The notes under the pieces were generated by a model. It was not told the DNA's origin. It saw only the letters and a list, made by a program, of their open reading frames with translations, and did not search any database. The position numbers were made by a program, and so were the translations under genes. DNA of 64,000 nt, taken from Candidatus Bacteroides merdigallinarum. GTDB lineage: Bacteria; Bacteroidota; Bacteroidia; Bacteroidales; Bacteroidaceae. Numbering within the stretch: position 1 is the stretch's first letter; every line of letters starts with the position of its first letter. The stretch lies in contig DXBX01000002.1 of NCBI GenBank assembly GCA_019116285.1, positions 4,417 through 68,416 on the forward strand, in the 5' to 3' direction. This document shows, piece by piece, positions 38,543 to 48,033 of the stretch.

Positions 38543-39160
38543 CTATCTTATATAAAAGTCCAATACATTCTCCTCACCCAAATAGCCCTGCAAATGCTGC
38601 CCCACGGAAACGGGTCCCACGCCGACAGGTGTCCCTGTAAAGAGCAGGTCGCCCATCTTCAACGTCATGAAACGGCTGACATAGGCGATAATATCATCCA
38701 CCCGATGCAGCATATCTGCCGTCCGCCCATGCTGTCTGGTACTTCCGTCAATGTCCAAATGAAAATCCAACTGCTGTACATCGCCTCCCAATTGCTCCAA
38801 AGGAATGAACCGACCAATAGCTGCTGAGCCATCAAAACACTTGGAAAGTTCCCAAGGCAAGCCTCCGGCACGGAAACAGCTTTGCAGATCGCGGGCGGTG
38901 AAGTCGATGCCCACCGTCACTGCATCATAATAGCGATGGGCGAAGCGTGGAGCAATACATTTGCCCAACCGACAGATATGCACTACCACTTCAGTTTCAT
39001 ATTGCAGGTCTGCCGAAAAATCCGGCAAAAAGAACGGTTTGCCATCCCGCAACAAGGCCGAATCAGGTTTCATAAAGATAACCGGCTCTTTACTTGTCTC
39101 CTTATGCCCCAACTCTTGATTGTGTTGGGCATAGTTCATTCCTACCGCTATGATTTTCAT
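38543..39160 (-). CDS. Fumarylacetoacetate hydrolase family protein
   Basis: Motifs VGMNYAQH, FMKP, DFTARDLQ and FTGTPVGVG. Confidence 0.93.
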   Translation of the reverse strand: MKIIAVGMNYAQHNQELGHKETSKEPVIFMKPDSALLRDGKPFFLPDFSADLQYETEVVVHICRLGKCIAPRFAHRYYDAVTVGIDFTARDLQSCFRAGGLPWELSKCFDGSAAIGRFIPLEQLGGDVQQLDFHLDIDGSTRQHGRTADMLHRVDDIIAYVSRFMTLKMGDLLFTGTPVGVGPVSVGQHLQGYLGEENVLDFYIR

Positions 39161-39313
39161 CTTCTAAATTCTTATCGTTTACTATCATTATAGAGGAAGG
39201 CAAAGATACACCTTTTTCACATTCCCTTTGCAGAGTCTCTACAAAAAACATACCTTTGCAACCATTCTTAATTCATAGTTCTCCATTGAAACCATTAATT
39301 GTTCATATAAACC

Positions 39314-39673
39314 ATGGCTAAAAGCAACAAAAATAACGATTGGAAAGACCGTCTGAACATAGTCTACTCTACCAACCCCGACTTCCATTATGAAACTGAA
39401 GCAGAAAAAGAGACACCGACCCTGCCCCCGGCTCAACAGCGTCTGCGCGTACAACTGGACCGCAAGAACCGTGGCGGCAAGACCGTCACTCTCGTCACCG
39501 GTTTTATCGGCACCGAAGACGACCTGAAAGAACTGGGAAAACAACTGAAAAGCAAATGTGGCGTTGGCGGCTCGGCCAAAGACGGTGAAATCATCATCCA
39601 AGGCGATTTCAAGCAAAAAGTAGCCGAACTGTTGCAAAAGGCGGGATATACACAGACAAAGACCGTTGGTTAA
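39314..39673 (+). CDS. SUI1/YciH-family translation initiation factor
   Basis: Motifs VYSTNP, RGGKTVT and LKSKCGVGGSAKDGEIIIQGD. Confidence 0.92.
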   Translation: MAKSNKNNDWKDRLNIVYSTNPDFHYETEAEKETPTLPPAQQRLRVQLDRKNRGGKTVTLVTGFIGTEDDLKELGKQLKSKCGVGGSAKDGEIIIQGDFKQKVAELLQKAGYTQTKTVG

Positions 39674-39704
39674 CGGTCACTAATCATCAAATAAACAGCA
39701 AATT

Positions 39705-39820
39705 AAGTGCGCAACTGGCGGCTATTCGTGCGTTCAACTGACGGCTATCCAAGTGCGCAACTGACGGCTGGAGCAGTGTTCAGTAGAACGCTCAATCTGT
39801 GTTCAACAGATGGCTTAAGC
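39705..39820. repeat. Degenerate tandem repeat of about 22-23 bp (GTGCGCAACTGACGGCT-like)
   Basis: Three clear units and two degraded units between SUI1 and tsf. Confidence 0.7.
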
Positions 39821-39840
39821 GATCCTCTGCTACCCATAAA

Positions 39841-39876
39841 GAAAGCCGGAAACTACTCGCTTCGTTCCCGGCTTTC
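39841..39876. terminator. Hairpin between the convergent SUI1 and tsf genes
   Basis: GAAAGCCGG...CCGGCTTTC. Confidence 0.7.
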
Positions 39877-39903
39877 CCATGAATAAAAAAGTCTGCGCTT
39901 ATA

Positions 39904-40896
39904 TTATTCAGCACGCAAAGTATAACGCTTGAAGTCCAGCACGGTCAGATCCTTGTCTTGCGACTTCAGATAGTCAGCGATGGTCATCTTAGCATCTTGA
40001 ATGTACTCCTGATTCAGCAGGCAGTTCTCTTTATAGAACTTAGCCATACGACCCTTGGCGATGTTCTCAACCATTTGGGCAGGCAGGTTAGCAGCTTTCT
40101 CAGCAGCGACCTTCTCCTTCAGGTCACGGATTTCCTGAGCTTGAGCTTCGGTGATATTACCCTTCATGATGCCCTCATTCAGGTGTTCCTCATTTTCTGC
40201 AATATAGAGGTTGAAACCGGCCTTCTTCAGAGCGGCTTCAACAGCCTTCTGCACCTGTTCAACTTTCGTCTTTTCGATAGCCACCTGCATTTCGTTGGCC
40301 TTCACCTCTTCGGGAACGCCGGCTTCGTTGACTGCAATGGGGTTCATGGCAGCAATCTGCATAGCCACTTCCTTACCTACTTGTGCGTCAGCTTCTTTGT
40401 TCAGCACAACCATCGTGCAGAGGAAGTTCTTGTTCTGGTGGTTGTAGGTAGCGATGTTCGGACCTTCTACCGTCAAGTAGCCATCCAACTCCATCTTTTC
40501 ACCCGTGATACCGCTGCGATCCGTTACGGCTTCAGCCACTGTCATATCACCCAGCTGCAGAGCTTTCACTTCGTCCAGCGTCTTGCACTTGTTGGCCACG
40601 GCAGCATCCAGGATATCCTGAGCCAGCTTCACGAAATCAGCGTTCTGAGCCACGAAGTCTGTTTCACACTTCAAGGCGATCATGGCACCGAAACCTTCGA
40701 CAGCCTTTACCAATACGCAACCTTCGGAAGCATCGCGATCCGAACGCTTAGCGGCAACAGCCTGTCCTTTCTCGCGGATAATCTTCACAGCCTTGTCGAA
40801 GTCGCCTTCAGCTTGAGTCAAGGCGTTCTTGCAATCCATCATACCAGCACCCGTCATCTTGCGGAGCTTGGTTATATCAGCCATTGTTACAGCCAT
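39904..40896 (-). CDS. tsf: Elongation factor Ts
   Basis: Motifs LRKMTGAGMMDCKNAL and CETDFVA. Downstream of rpsB. Confidence 0.97.
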   Translation of the reverse strand: MAVTMADITKLRKMTGAGMMDCKNALTQAEGDFDKAVKIIREKGQAVAAKRSDRDASEGCVLVKAVEGFGAMIALKCETDFVAQNADFVKLAQDILDAAVANKCKTLDEVKALQLGDMTVAEAVTDRSGITGEKMELDGYLTVEGPNIATYNHQNKNFLCTMVVLNKEADAQVGKEVAMQIAAMNPIAVNEAGVPEEVKANEMQVAIEKTKVEQVQKAVEAALKKAGFNLYIAENEEHLNEGIMKGNITEAQAQEIRDLKEKVAAEKAANLPAQMVENIAKGRMAKFYKENCLLNQEYIQDAKMTIADYLKSQDKDLTVLDFKRYTLRAE

Positions 40897-40941
40897 ATTT
40901 CTATTCTTTTTAAAGTTAAAGGATTATTCTATTAAAAATAA

Positions 40942-41039
40942 AAGTAGTTAGCAGCAAGCAGGACATGTAGTAAGTAGAGATATGGCTTGCAAAATACATG
41001 CCTTTCTACCGGCTACCGACTACTGACTACTAACTACTT
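40942..41039. repeat. Heptamer-based inverted repeat between rpsB and tsf
   Basis: AAGTAGTTAGCAG... pairs with ...CTACTGACTACTAACTACTT. Confidence 0.7.
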
Positions 41040-41048
41040 CAGTATAAT

Positions 41049-41888
41049 TTAAGCCTCTTCGTCTTCCTGGATGAAGGCTGCAGCCTTGGAAGCATTAATA
41101 GCCTCTTCATCGGACTTGTCCAGACGAGCCTTGGAAGCACGTCTCTTGCCCTTATTATTGGCGTTGCTTTCACCGGCAGCTTCCATGTCCACCTTCTCGG
41201 CCTTGCGCTCTTCCAAGCCTTCCTGCATAGCGGCGCAGCAAGCATCGAGAATTACTTCGACAGACTTGGTAGCGTCATCATTGGCGGGAATTACGAAGTC
41301 TACATTTGCAGGATCAGAGTTCGTATCCACGATACCGAACACGGGAATACCCAGACGGTTGGCCTCGCGCACTGCGATGTTCTCCTTCATCACGTCAACT
41401 ACGAACAGTGCAGAAGGCAGACGGGTCAAGTCGGCGATAGAACCCAGGTTCTTCTCCAGCTTGGCGCGCTGGCGGGAAATCTGCAGGATTTCGCGCTTTG
41501 ACAAGTTTGCGTACGTACCGTCGTTCGTCAGCTTGTCAATGGTAGCCATCTTCTTAACAGCCTTACGGATAGTCGGGAAGTTAGTCAGCATACCACCCGG
41601 CCAACGCTCGATTACATAAGGCATGTTCACAGAGGCAGCTTTGTCAGCCACCACCTGCTTGGCTTGTTTTTTAGTAGCAACAAACAGGACTTTCTTTCCT
41701 GATTTAGCGATTTGTTTCAAAGCTTCAGCAGCTTCGTCTATCTTGGCAACCGTCTTATTGAGGTCGATGATATGAATACCGTTACGCTCCATGAAGATAT
41801 AGGGAGCCATAGCGGGATTCCATTTTCTCTTCAGATGGCCGAAGTGGCATCCTGCTTCCAGCAGGGTATCAAAATTTGTTCTTGACAT
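41049..41888 (-). CDS. rpsB: 30S ribosomal protein S2
   Basis: Motifs LLEAGCHFGH, RWPGGMLTNF, DTNSDP and PANDDA. Confidence 0.98.
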   Translation of the reverse strand: MSRTNFDTLLEAGCHFGHLKRKWNPAMAPYIFMERNGIHIIDLNKTVAKIDEAAEALKQIAKSGKKVLFVATKKQAKQVVADKAASVNMPYVIERWPGGMLTNFPTIRKAVKKMATIDKLTNDGTYANLSKREILQISRQRAKLEKNLGSIADLTRLPSALFVVDVMKENIAVREANRLGIPVFGIVDTNSDPANVDFVIPANDDATKSVEVILDACCAAMQEGLEERKAEKVDMEAAGESNANNKGKRRASKARLDKSDEEAINASKAAAFIQEDEEA

Positions 41889-42087
41889 AAAAATCTTTTT
41901 CTTTAATTCGTTTACATTCTTTTTTGTTTTCTTTCTAAACCAACCGCCGGGTAGCCTCCCTTGCTCAGAAAGAGTCCCGGTAGTTTAGATACTAAACGTA
42001 TTCAGTCTGCGTAGTTATCAGCCTACTTGCCGGCAAGAATGCCTTGCCAACCAGTTAACCTGTCCACGTATTAACTTGAGCAACTGA

Positions 42088-42477
42088 TTAACGCTTACTG
42101 AACTGGAATCTGCGACGTGCTTTCGGACGACCCGGCTTCTTACGTTCAACGGCACGGGGGTCACGAGTCATGAAGCCTTCGGCACGGAGAGCAGCTTTGT
42201 CTTCCGGATTAATCTTCACCAAAGCGCGTGCAATGGCCAGGCGAAGGGCCTGGGATTGTCCGGTGAAGCCACCACCGCAGAGGTTCACCTTGATATCGTA
42301 CTTCTCGGCTACGCCCAGCTTGTTCAACGGCTGCTTAACTACATACTGAAGGATGCTCGAAGGAAAGTATTCTGTCAGATCTCTCTTGTTGATCGTAATC
42401 TTGCCGGTACCTTCGGTTACGAAAATACGCGCAATAGCACTTTTACGTCTGCCTAATGCATTTACTACTTCCATCAT
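42088..42477 (-). CDS. rpsI: 30S ribosomal protein S9
   Basis: Motifs GRRKSAIAR, GGGFTGQ and ERKKPGRPKARRRFQFSKR. Confidence 0.98.
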   Translation of the reverse strand: MMEVVNALGRRKSAIARIFVTEGTGKITINKRDLTEYFPSSILQYVVKQPLNKLGVAEKYDIKVNLCGGGFTGQSQALRLAIARALVKINPEDKAALRAEGFMTRDPRAVERKKPGRPKARRRFQFSKR

Positions 42478-42480
42478 CTA

Positions 42481-42942
42481 TTATTTAAGTGCGTTAATAT
42501 CTATCATTTTGGGGTTTTGAGCAGCATGCTTGTGCTCGCTGCCGGCATACACATACAAGTTGCCCAGCAACTTGGCACCCAGTTTGTTCTTGGGCAGCAT
42601 GCCTTTCACCACTTTTCTCAGCAATTTGTCTTCGCCATTAGGCTTTGCCATCAGACGGGCGGGAGTCATCTCGCGCTGGCCACCGGGATAGCCCGTGTAG
42701 GACAGGTAAATCTTATCCGTCCACTTGTTTCCGGTCATTTTCACTTTGTCGGCATTGATAATGATGACATTATCACCGCAATCCACATGAGGGGTAAAGT
42801 TAGGTTTATACTTTCCTCTCAACAGTTTCGCAACTTTTGCGCCCAAACGGCCCAGCACCTGGTCCGTGGCATCAACGATGACCCATTCTTTCGTCACCGT
42901 TGCCTTGTTTGCAGAAATGGTCTTGTAACTTAAAGTATCCAC
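42481..42942 (-). CDS. rplM: 50S ribosomal protein L13 (GTG start)
   Basis: Motifs VDATDQVLGRL, FTPHVDCGD and VKGMLPKN. Confidence 0.98.
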   Translation of the reverse strand: MDTLSYKTISANKATVTKEWVIVDATDQVLGRLGAKVAKLLRGKYKPNFTPHVDCGDNVIIINADKVKMTGNKWTDKIYLSYTGYPGGQREMTPARLMAKPNGEDKLLRKVVKGMLPKNKLGAKLLGNLYVYAGSEHKHAAQNPKMIDINALK

Positions 42943-43189
42943 TCTAAAAAAGTTTTTAAATTGTTACTACTAAATTCTCACCGCAAGCAACGGGGTTGGA
43001 CACACTCCCATTAACTCGCTATGAATTAATCGCTTATACTTTTTTGATAATAATCGGCTTGCAAAGGTACGGATTTTCTGACAACCGACAAATGTTTTTA
43101 TGTATTTTTTTGGCTTTCCGCCCAATACCCTCGTTTTGTAGCGATGTGTCATTCAAGTGCTTACTTTAACCTCCCCCCTCATGCTCCGG

Positions 43190-43349
43190 GATACCGACGC
43201 ACGCGCTCGACAGTATAGACGCTCACGCTCGGCAATACCCTTGCTCACATCCGGCTATAACACCACCCGGGCTCAGTCCAAAAAGAAACGGATTACGCTG
43301 AATCTACGAATCTTCCCAAGAAGAACTACAGATTCCACGTAATCCGTTT
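43190..43349. repeat. Degenerate 21-bp-period repeat plus a CGGATTA-type hairpin downstream of asnS
   Basis: GCTC..ATAC..GCTCAC units at 43190-43260 and AAACGGATTACG...CGTAATCCGTTT at 43286-43349. Confidence 0.6.
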
Positions 43350-43384
43350 TTAAGCTATTCAATACCTATCGCTATGCGCAAGCC

Positions 43385-44788
43385 TTAGAAATCTGCATTA
43401 CGCGGGGTACGCGGGAAAGGTATCACGTCGCGGATATTGGCCATACCGGTGACAAACAGCAACAGACGTTCGAAGCCCAATCCGAAACCGGCATGCGGAC
43501 AAGTGCCATAACGGCGCGTATCAAGATACCACCACATATCCTTCATCGGGATATGCAGCTCCTGAATACGGGCCATCAGCTTGTCGTAGTTTTCCTCACG
43601 GACACTGCCGCCGATAATTTCACCAATCTGCGGGAACAACACATCAGTGCCCTGCACGGTCTTGCCATCGGCATTCTGCTTCATATAGAACGCCTTGATT
43701 TCCTTCGGATAGTCTATCATGATGACAGGCTTGCGGAAATGTTCTTCCACCAGGAAACGTTCGTGTTCGCTCGCCAAGTCGCAACCCCAATAAACGGGGA
43801 ATTCAAACTTGTGCCCTTTGGCTACGGCTTCTTCCAAGATCTTGATGCCCTCCGTATAAGGCAGACGGACAAACTCTGTATTCACCACACCCTCCAGACG
43901 CTCTATCAGTCCTTTGTCCACCATCTTATTGAGGAATTCCAAGTCATCGCGGCAATTGTCCAGCGCCCACTGCACACAATACTTGATAAACTCTTCTTCA
44001 AGATCCATCAACTCGGTCAAGTCGGCAAAAGCCACTTCTGGCTCAATCATCCAAAACTCAGCCAAATGGCGGGGCGTATTGGAATTTTCAGCGCGGAAGG
44101 TAGGTCCGAAAGTATAGATGGCACCCAGAGCAGTAGCAGCCAACTCGCCTTCCAACTGTCCGGACACAGTCAGACTGGCCTGTTTGCCGAAGAAATCATC
44201 ATCGTAAACAATGGAGCCATTCTCATCTTTCTTCAAGTCATAAAGGTTCATCGTAGTCACCTGAAACATCTGACCGGCTCCCTCGCAATCGGAGGCAGTA
44301 ATGATGGGGGTGTGAAAATAGAAGAAACCTTTCTCATGAAAGAATTTATGGATGGCAATAGCCATGTTGTGACGAATGCGGAATACGGCTCCGAACGTAT
44401 TGGTACGGGGACGCAAATGAGCCACCTCACGCAGGAACTCCATGGAATGTCCTTTCTTTTGGAGGGGATACGTGTTATCGCAAGTGCCCAGTATCTCAAT
44501 CTCACGAGCCTGCAACTCCACCTTCTGACCGGAACCTACAGATTCAGCCAGCACACCGTTGACACTCAGGCAGGCCCCCGTAGTGATATCCTTCAACAAA
44601 GCCTCGTCGAAATTGGCCACGTCCACAACAATCTGCACGTTGTGGATAGTGGAGCCATCATTCAAAGCAATAAAACTTACTTGCTTGCTCCCACGACGCG
44701 TGCGCACCCAGCCTTTCACATTGACCAAGGTGCCAAAATCCTCGCGTTTCAGGAGGTCTATGACTTTTGTTCTGCTTATTTTTTCCAT
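43385..44788 (-). CDS. asnS: Asparagine--tRNA ligase
   Basis: Motifs [31 protein letters not shown] and [12 protein letters not shown] start MEKIS at 44788. Confidence 0.97.
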   Translation of the reverse strand: MEKISRTKVIDLLKREDFGTLVNVKGWVRTRRGSKQVSFIALNDGSTIHNVQIVVDVANFDEALLKDITTGACLSVNGVLAESVGSGQKVELQAREIEILGTCDNTYPLQKKGHSMEFLREVAHLRPRTNTFGAVFRIRHNMAIAIHKFFHEKGFFYFHTPIITASDCEGAGQMFQVTTMNLYDLKKDENGSIVYDDDFFGKQASLTVSGQLEGELAATALGAIYTFGPTFRAENSNTPRHLAEFWMIEPEVAFADLTELMDLEEEFIKYCVQWALDNCRDDLEFLNKMVDKGLIERLEGVVNTEFVRLPYTEGIKILEEAVAKGHKFEFPVYWGCDLASEHERFLVEEHFRKPVIMIDYPKEIKAFYMKQNADGKTVQGTDVLFPQIGEIIGGSVREENYDKLMARIQELHIPMKDMWWYLDTRRYGTCPHAGFGLGFERLLLFVTGMANIRDVIPFPRTPRNADF

Positions 44789-44808
44789 AATGGTAAACAA
44801 ATAATTTA

Positions 44809-46254
44809 TCAATCAAAGGAGCCCATGCGCAGGTGGTTTACCTCAGCTTCTGTCAGGTAGCGCCATTCGCCCCGACGAAGTCCCTTCTTGGTGAGTCCGG
44901 CAAAGTAAACACGGTCCAACTTCACCACCTTATAACCCAACGACTCAAAAATACGACGGACAATGCGGTTCTTTCCGGAGTGGATTTCAATACCCACATC
45001 GTTCTTCTTGGCCTCATCCGTATAGCTGATGGCGTCTGCATGGATTTCCCCGTCATCCAGCTGGATACCGGCAGCAATCTGCTCCATATCAGCCTGGGTC
45101 AGGTTCTTGTCCAAATGAACATGATAGATTTTCTTCTTGAGGTACTTGGGATGCGTCAACTTGGAAGCCAAGTCTCCATCATTGGTCAGCAGGAGCACAC
45201 CGGTAGTATTGCGGTCCAAACGCCCTACGGGATAAATACGCTCCGTGCAGGCATCCTTCACCAAATCCATCACCGTGCGGCGCGCCTGAGGATCGTCGGA
45301 GGTAGTCACGGTGTCCTTCGGCTTGTTCAGAAGAACGTAAATCTTACGCTCGATATTCACCACTTGCTCATGGAACTTCACCTCATCGCCCCGCTTGATC
45401 TTCGTACCCAGTTCGGTTACCACCTGTCCGTTGACTGACACCACACCGGCTGTGATAAACTCATCGGCCTCACGGCGCGAGCATACTCCGGCATTGGCCA
45501 GGAATTTGTTCAGGCGGATAGGTTCATTGGGATCCACAAACTGCTCTTTATACTCAATCTGCTTCTTCTTGCTATACTTGGCGTTGGGGTCATAACCCGG
45601 CGTCCGGCGACGCGGATTATTTCCATAAGGACGATTCGCATTGAAACGGGGACGCCCCTGATTGCCTCCATAAGGACGTTGCGGACGTCCTTCATTCTCT
45701 GCATTCTGATTGAAACGCGGACGCAAAGAACGGTCGGCATTGCCATAAGCCGGACGCTCCTGATTACCATAAGGACGTTGCGGACGCTCGCCGTTCTCAT
45801 TATTATATTTAGGGCGATAGGAGCGTTCCTGGTTGTAAGGACGTTGCGGACGCTCGCCATCGGCATTATTGTATTTAGGGCGATAGGGACGCTCCTGATT
45901 ATAAGGACGCTGCGGACGCTCGCCATCGGCATTCGAATTGAAGCGCGGACGGTAAGGACGGTCTTGATTATAAGGACGATCATTATTATAAGGACGTTGC
46001 GGGCGCTCTCCATTCTCTGCGTTCGGATTGAAACGCGGACGATAGGGACGGTCACTGGAATAAGCACGTTGCGGACGTCCGGCATTTTCTGCATTCGGAT
46101 TGAAGCGCGGGCGATGCGGACGGGCATTTCCATCGCGATTATAAGGCACACGCGCATAACCGTTTTCTTTATTCGTCTGATTCCCCTCGCGGTCGGCACC
46201 GGTGTTCTCCGCCGGGGAAGAAGCACCCTGCCAAGTTTCGTTTTCTGTTGTCAT
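44809..46254 (-). CDS. rluB: RluB/RsuA-family rRNA pseudouridine synthase with a long repetitive N-terminal extension
   Basis: S4 domain [18 protein letters not shown], then LNKPK and catalytic GRLD. Confidence 0.88.
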   Translation of the reverse strand: MTTENETWQGASSPAENTGADREGNQTNKENGYARVPYNRDGNARPHRPRFNPNAENAGRPQRAYSSDRPYRPRFNPNAENGERPQRPYNNDRPYNQDRPYRPRFNSNADGERPQRPYNQERPYRPKYNNADGERPQRPYNQERSYRPKYNNENGERPQRPYGNQERPAYGNADRSLRPRFNQNAENEGRPQRPYGGNQGRPRFNANRPYGNNPRRRTPGYDPNAKYSKKKQIEYKEQFVDPNEPIRLNKFLANAGVCSRREADEFITAGVVSVNGQVVTELGTKIKRGDEVKFHEQVVNIERKIYVLLNKPKDTVTTSDDPQARRTVMDLVKDACTERIYPVGRLDRNTTGVLLLTNDGDLASKLTHPKYLKKKIYHVHLDKNLTQADMEQIAAGIQLDDGEIHADAISYTDEAKKNDVGIEIHSGKNRIVRRIFESLGYKVVKLDRVYFAGLTKKGLRRGEWRYLTEAEVNHLRMGSFD

Positions 46255-46350
46255 TGTTCTATTCAGCTAATGGCCTCACGGCCTTGTTAATTAAATTTAT
46301 ATATAACTAATCTGTTTGATTCCTTTTGTCGTTCACATAAACGCGACACC

Positions 46351-47697
46351 TTACATCCCTGTATAATTGTGCGGTGTAATGACACGCAATTCTGCCTTGA
46401 CGGCCTCACTAACATTCAGTCCTTCAATAAAGTCCTTGATAGAAGATTCGGTGATGGCTTGATTGGTTCGCGTCAGCGCCTTCAACGCCTCATAAGGATG
46501 CGGGTAACCTTCGCGACGCAAGATGGTCTGAATAGCCTCAGCCACCACACTCCAGCAATTATCCAGATCGCGGTAGATGACCGATTCGTTCAGCAAGAGC
46601 TTGCGCAATCCCTTGAGAGAGCTTTGGATAGCGATGAGAATATGTCCGAAAGGCACACCTACATTGCGCAAAACGGTAGAGTCCGTCAAGTCGCGCTGGA
46701 GGCGGGATACGGGAAGTTTCATTGCCAGGTGGTTCAGCAACGCGTTGGCCACGCCCAAGTTACCCTCGGCATTCTCGAAGTCAATGGGATTCACCTTGTG
46801 GGGCATAGCGCTGGAGCCTACCTCGCCGGCCTTGATCTTCTGCTTGAAATACTCCATCGAAATGTATTGCCAGAAGTCACGGTTCATGTCAATCATAATG
46901 GTGTTGATGCGCTTCAATGCATCAAACACGGCTGAGAGATTATCGTAATTGGAAATCTGTGTGGTATATTCCTCACGCTCCAACCCCAGTTTTTCGGAGA
47001 CGAACTTGTTGCCGAAAGCCTTCCAATCGTAGGCGGGATAAGCCACATGATGGGCATTGTAGTTACCCGTGGCTCCACCGAACTTAGCCGTCAGGGGACA
47101 AGCCTTCAAACCGGCCAACTGGCGCTTCAAGCGGTAAACGAATACATATATTTCCTTACCCAGCCGCGTAGGTGAAGCCGGTTGTCCGTGCGTCTTTGCC
47201 AGCATGGGGACGTCTGCCCACTCCGTAGCATAAGCCTCCAACTGGGCGATCAGCTCCTCCAGCTGGGGATAGTATGCCTCCTCCAAACATTCCTTGACGG
47301 AAAGAGGCACAGAGGTGTTGTTAATGTCTTGCGAAGTCAATCCGAAGTGAATAAACTCCTTATAAGGCTCCATACCCCCCATCTTGTCAAACTGTTCCTT
47401 CAGGAAATATTCCACGGCTTTCACGTCATGGTTGGTCACGCTCTCGATCTCCTTGATGCGGGCGGCATCAGCTTCGGAAAATTGGCGATAGATGTCGCGC
47501 AGGGATTCGAAGATGCCCTTATCCACGCCCTCCAATTGGGGCAGAGGCAACTCGCACAAGGCAATGAAGTATTCTACTTCCACACGCACCCGGTATCTGA
47601 TGAGTGCAAATTCAGAGAAATAAGAGGCCAAGACATCCGTCTTACCTCTATATCGGCCGTCAATCGGAGAGATGGCGGTTAATACATCCAGTTTCAT
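46351..47697 (-). CDS. purB: Adenylosuccinate lyase
   Basis: Motifs SPIDGRY, NHDVKAVEY, THGQPA and GSSAMPHKVNPIDFEN. Confidence 0.97.
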   Translation of the reverse strand: MKLDVLTAISPIDGRYRGKTDVLASYFSEFALIRYRVRVEVEYFIALCELPLPQLEGVDKGIFESLRDIYRQFSEADAARIKEIESVTNHDVKAVEYFLKEQFDKMGGMEPYKEFIHFGLTSQDINNTSVPLSVKECLEEAYYPQLEELIAQLEAYATEWADVPMLAKTHGQPASPTRLGKEIYVFVYRLKRQLAGLKACPLTAKFGGATGNYNAHHVAYPAYDWKAFGNKFVSEKLGLEREEYTTQISNYDNLSAVFDALKRINTIMIDMNRDFWQYISMEYFKQKIKAGEVGSSAMPHKVNPIDFENAEGNLGVANALLNHLAMKLPVSRLQRDLTDSTVLRNVGVPFGHILIAIQSSLKGLRKLLLNESVIYRDLDNCWSVVAEAIQTILRREGYPHPYEALKALTRTNQAITESSIKDFIEGLNVSEAVKAELRVITPHNYTGM

Positions 47698-48033
47698 ACG
47701 TCGTATTATGTGTGATGATAATTATCAGGCCGCAAAATTACGTTTTTTTCCTGACGTACCACCTATGTTTATGCTTAAAAATCATAAAGGGAGAAAGCCC
47801 CCGAAGCATCGCGCCACCCTTGGTGAACTTTTTTCACGGGTAGAATGTTTTCTTATTATAAGGAAATAGTACGTACCACTGTTCATTAACGTGGCCGGCA
47901 GGCGAAACGGACGATTGCGAAATTATTCCGTCTTATATCCTGCCGGCTTATCTGCATAAGCATCCTCCCATCGGACATCTCCTGTTTGATATTTCAATAT
48001 TATTTGCTACCTTCACCCCCTGAAAACTGAGCA

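Noticed and set aside
39904-40896. Unusually long EF-Ts (330 aa) with an internal insertion
   Set aside because: To my knowledge this length is normal for Bacteroidales EF-Ts.
45510-46290. Repetitive ORFs overlapping rluB (238 aa minus strand, 203 aa plus strand)
   Set aside because: Alternative-frame readings of the rluB N-terminal DNA repeats.
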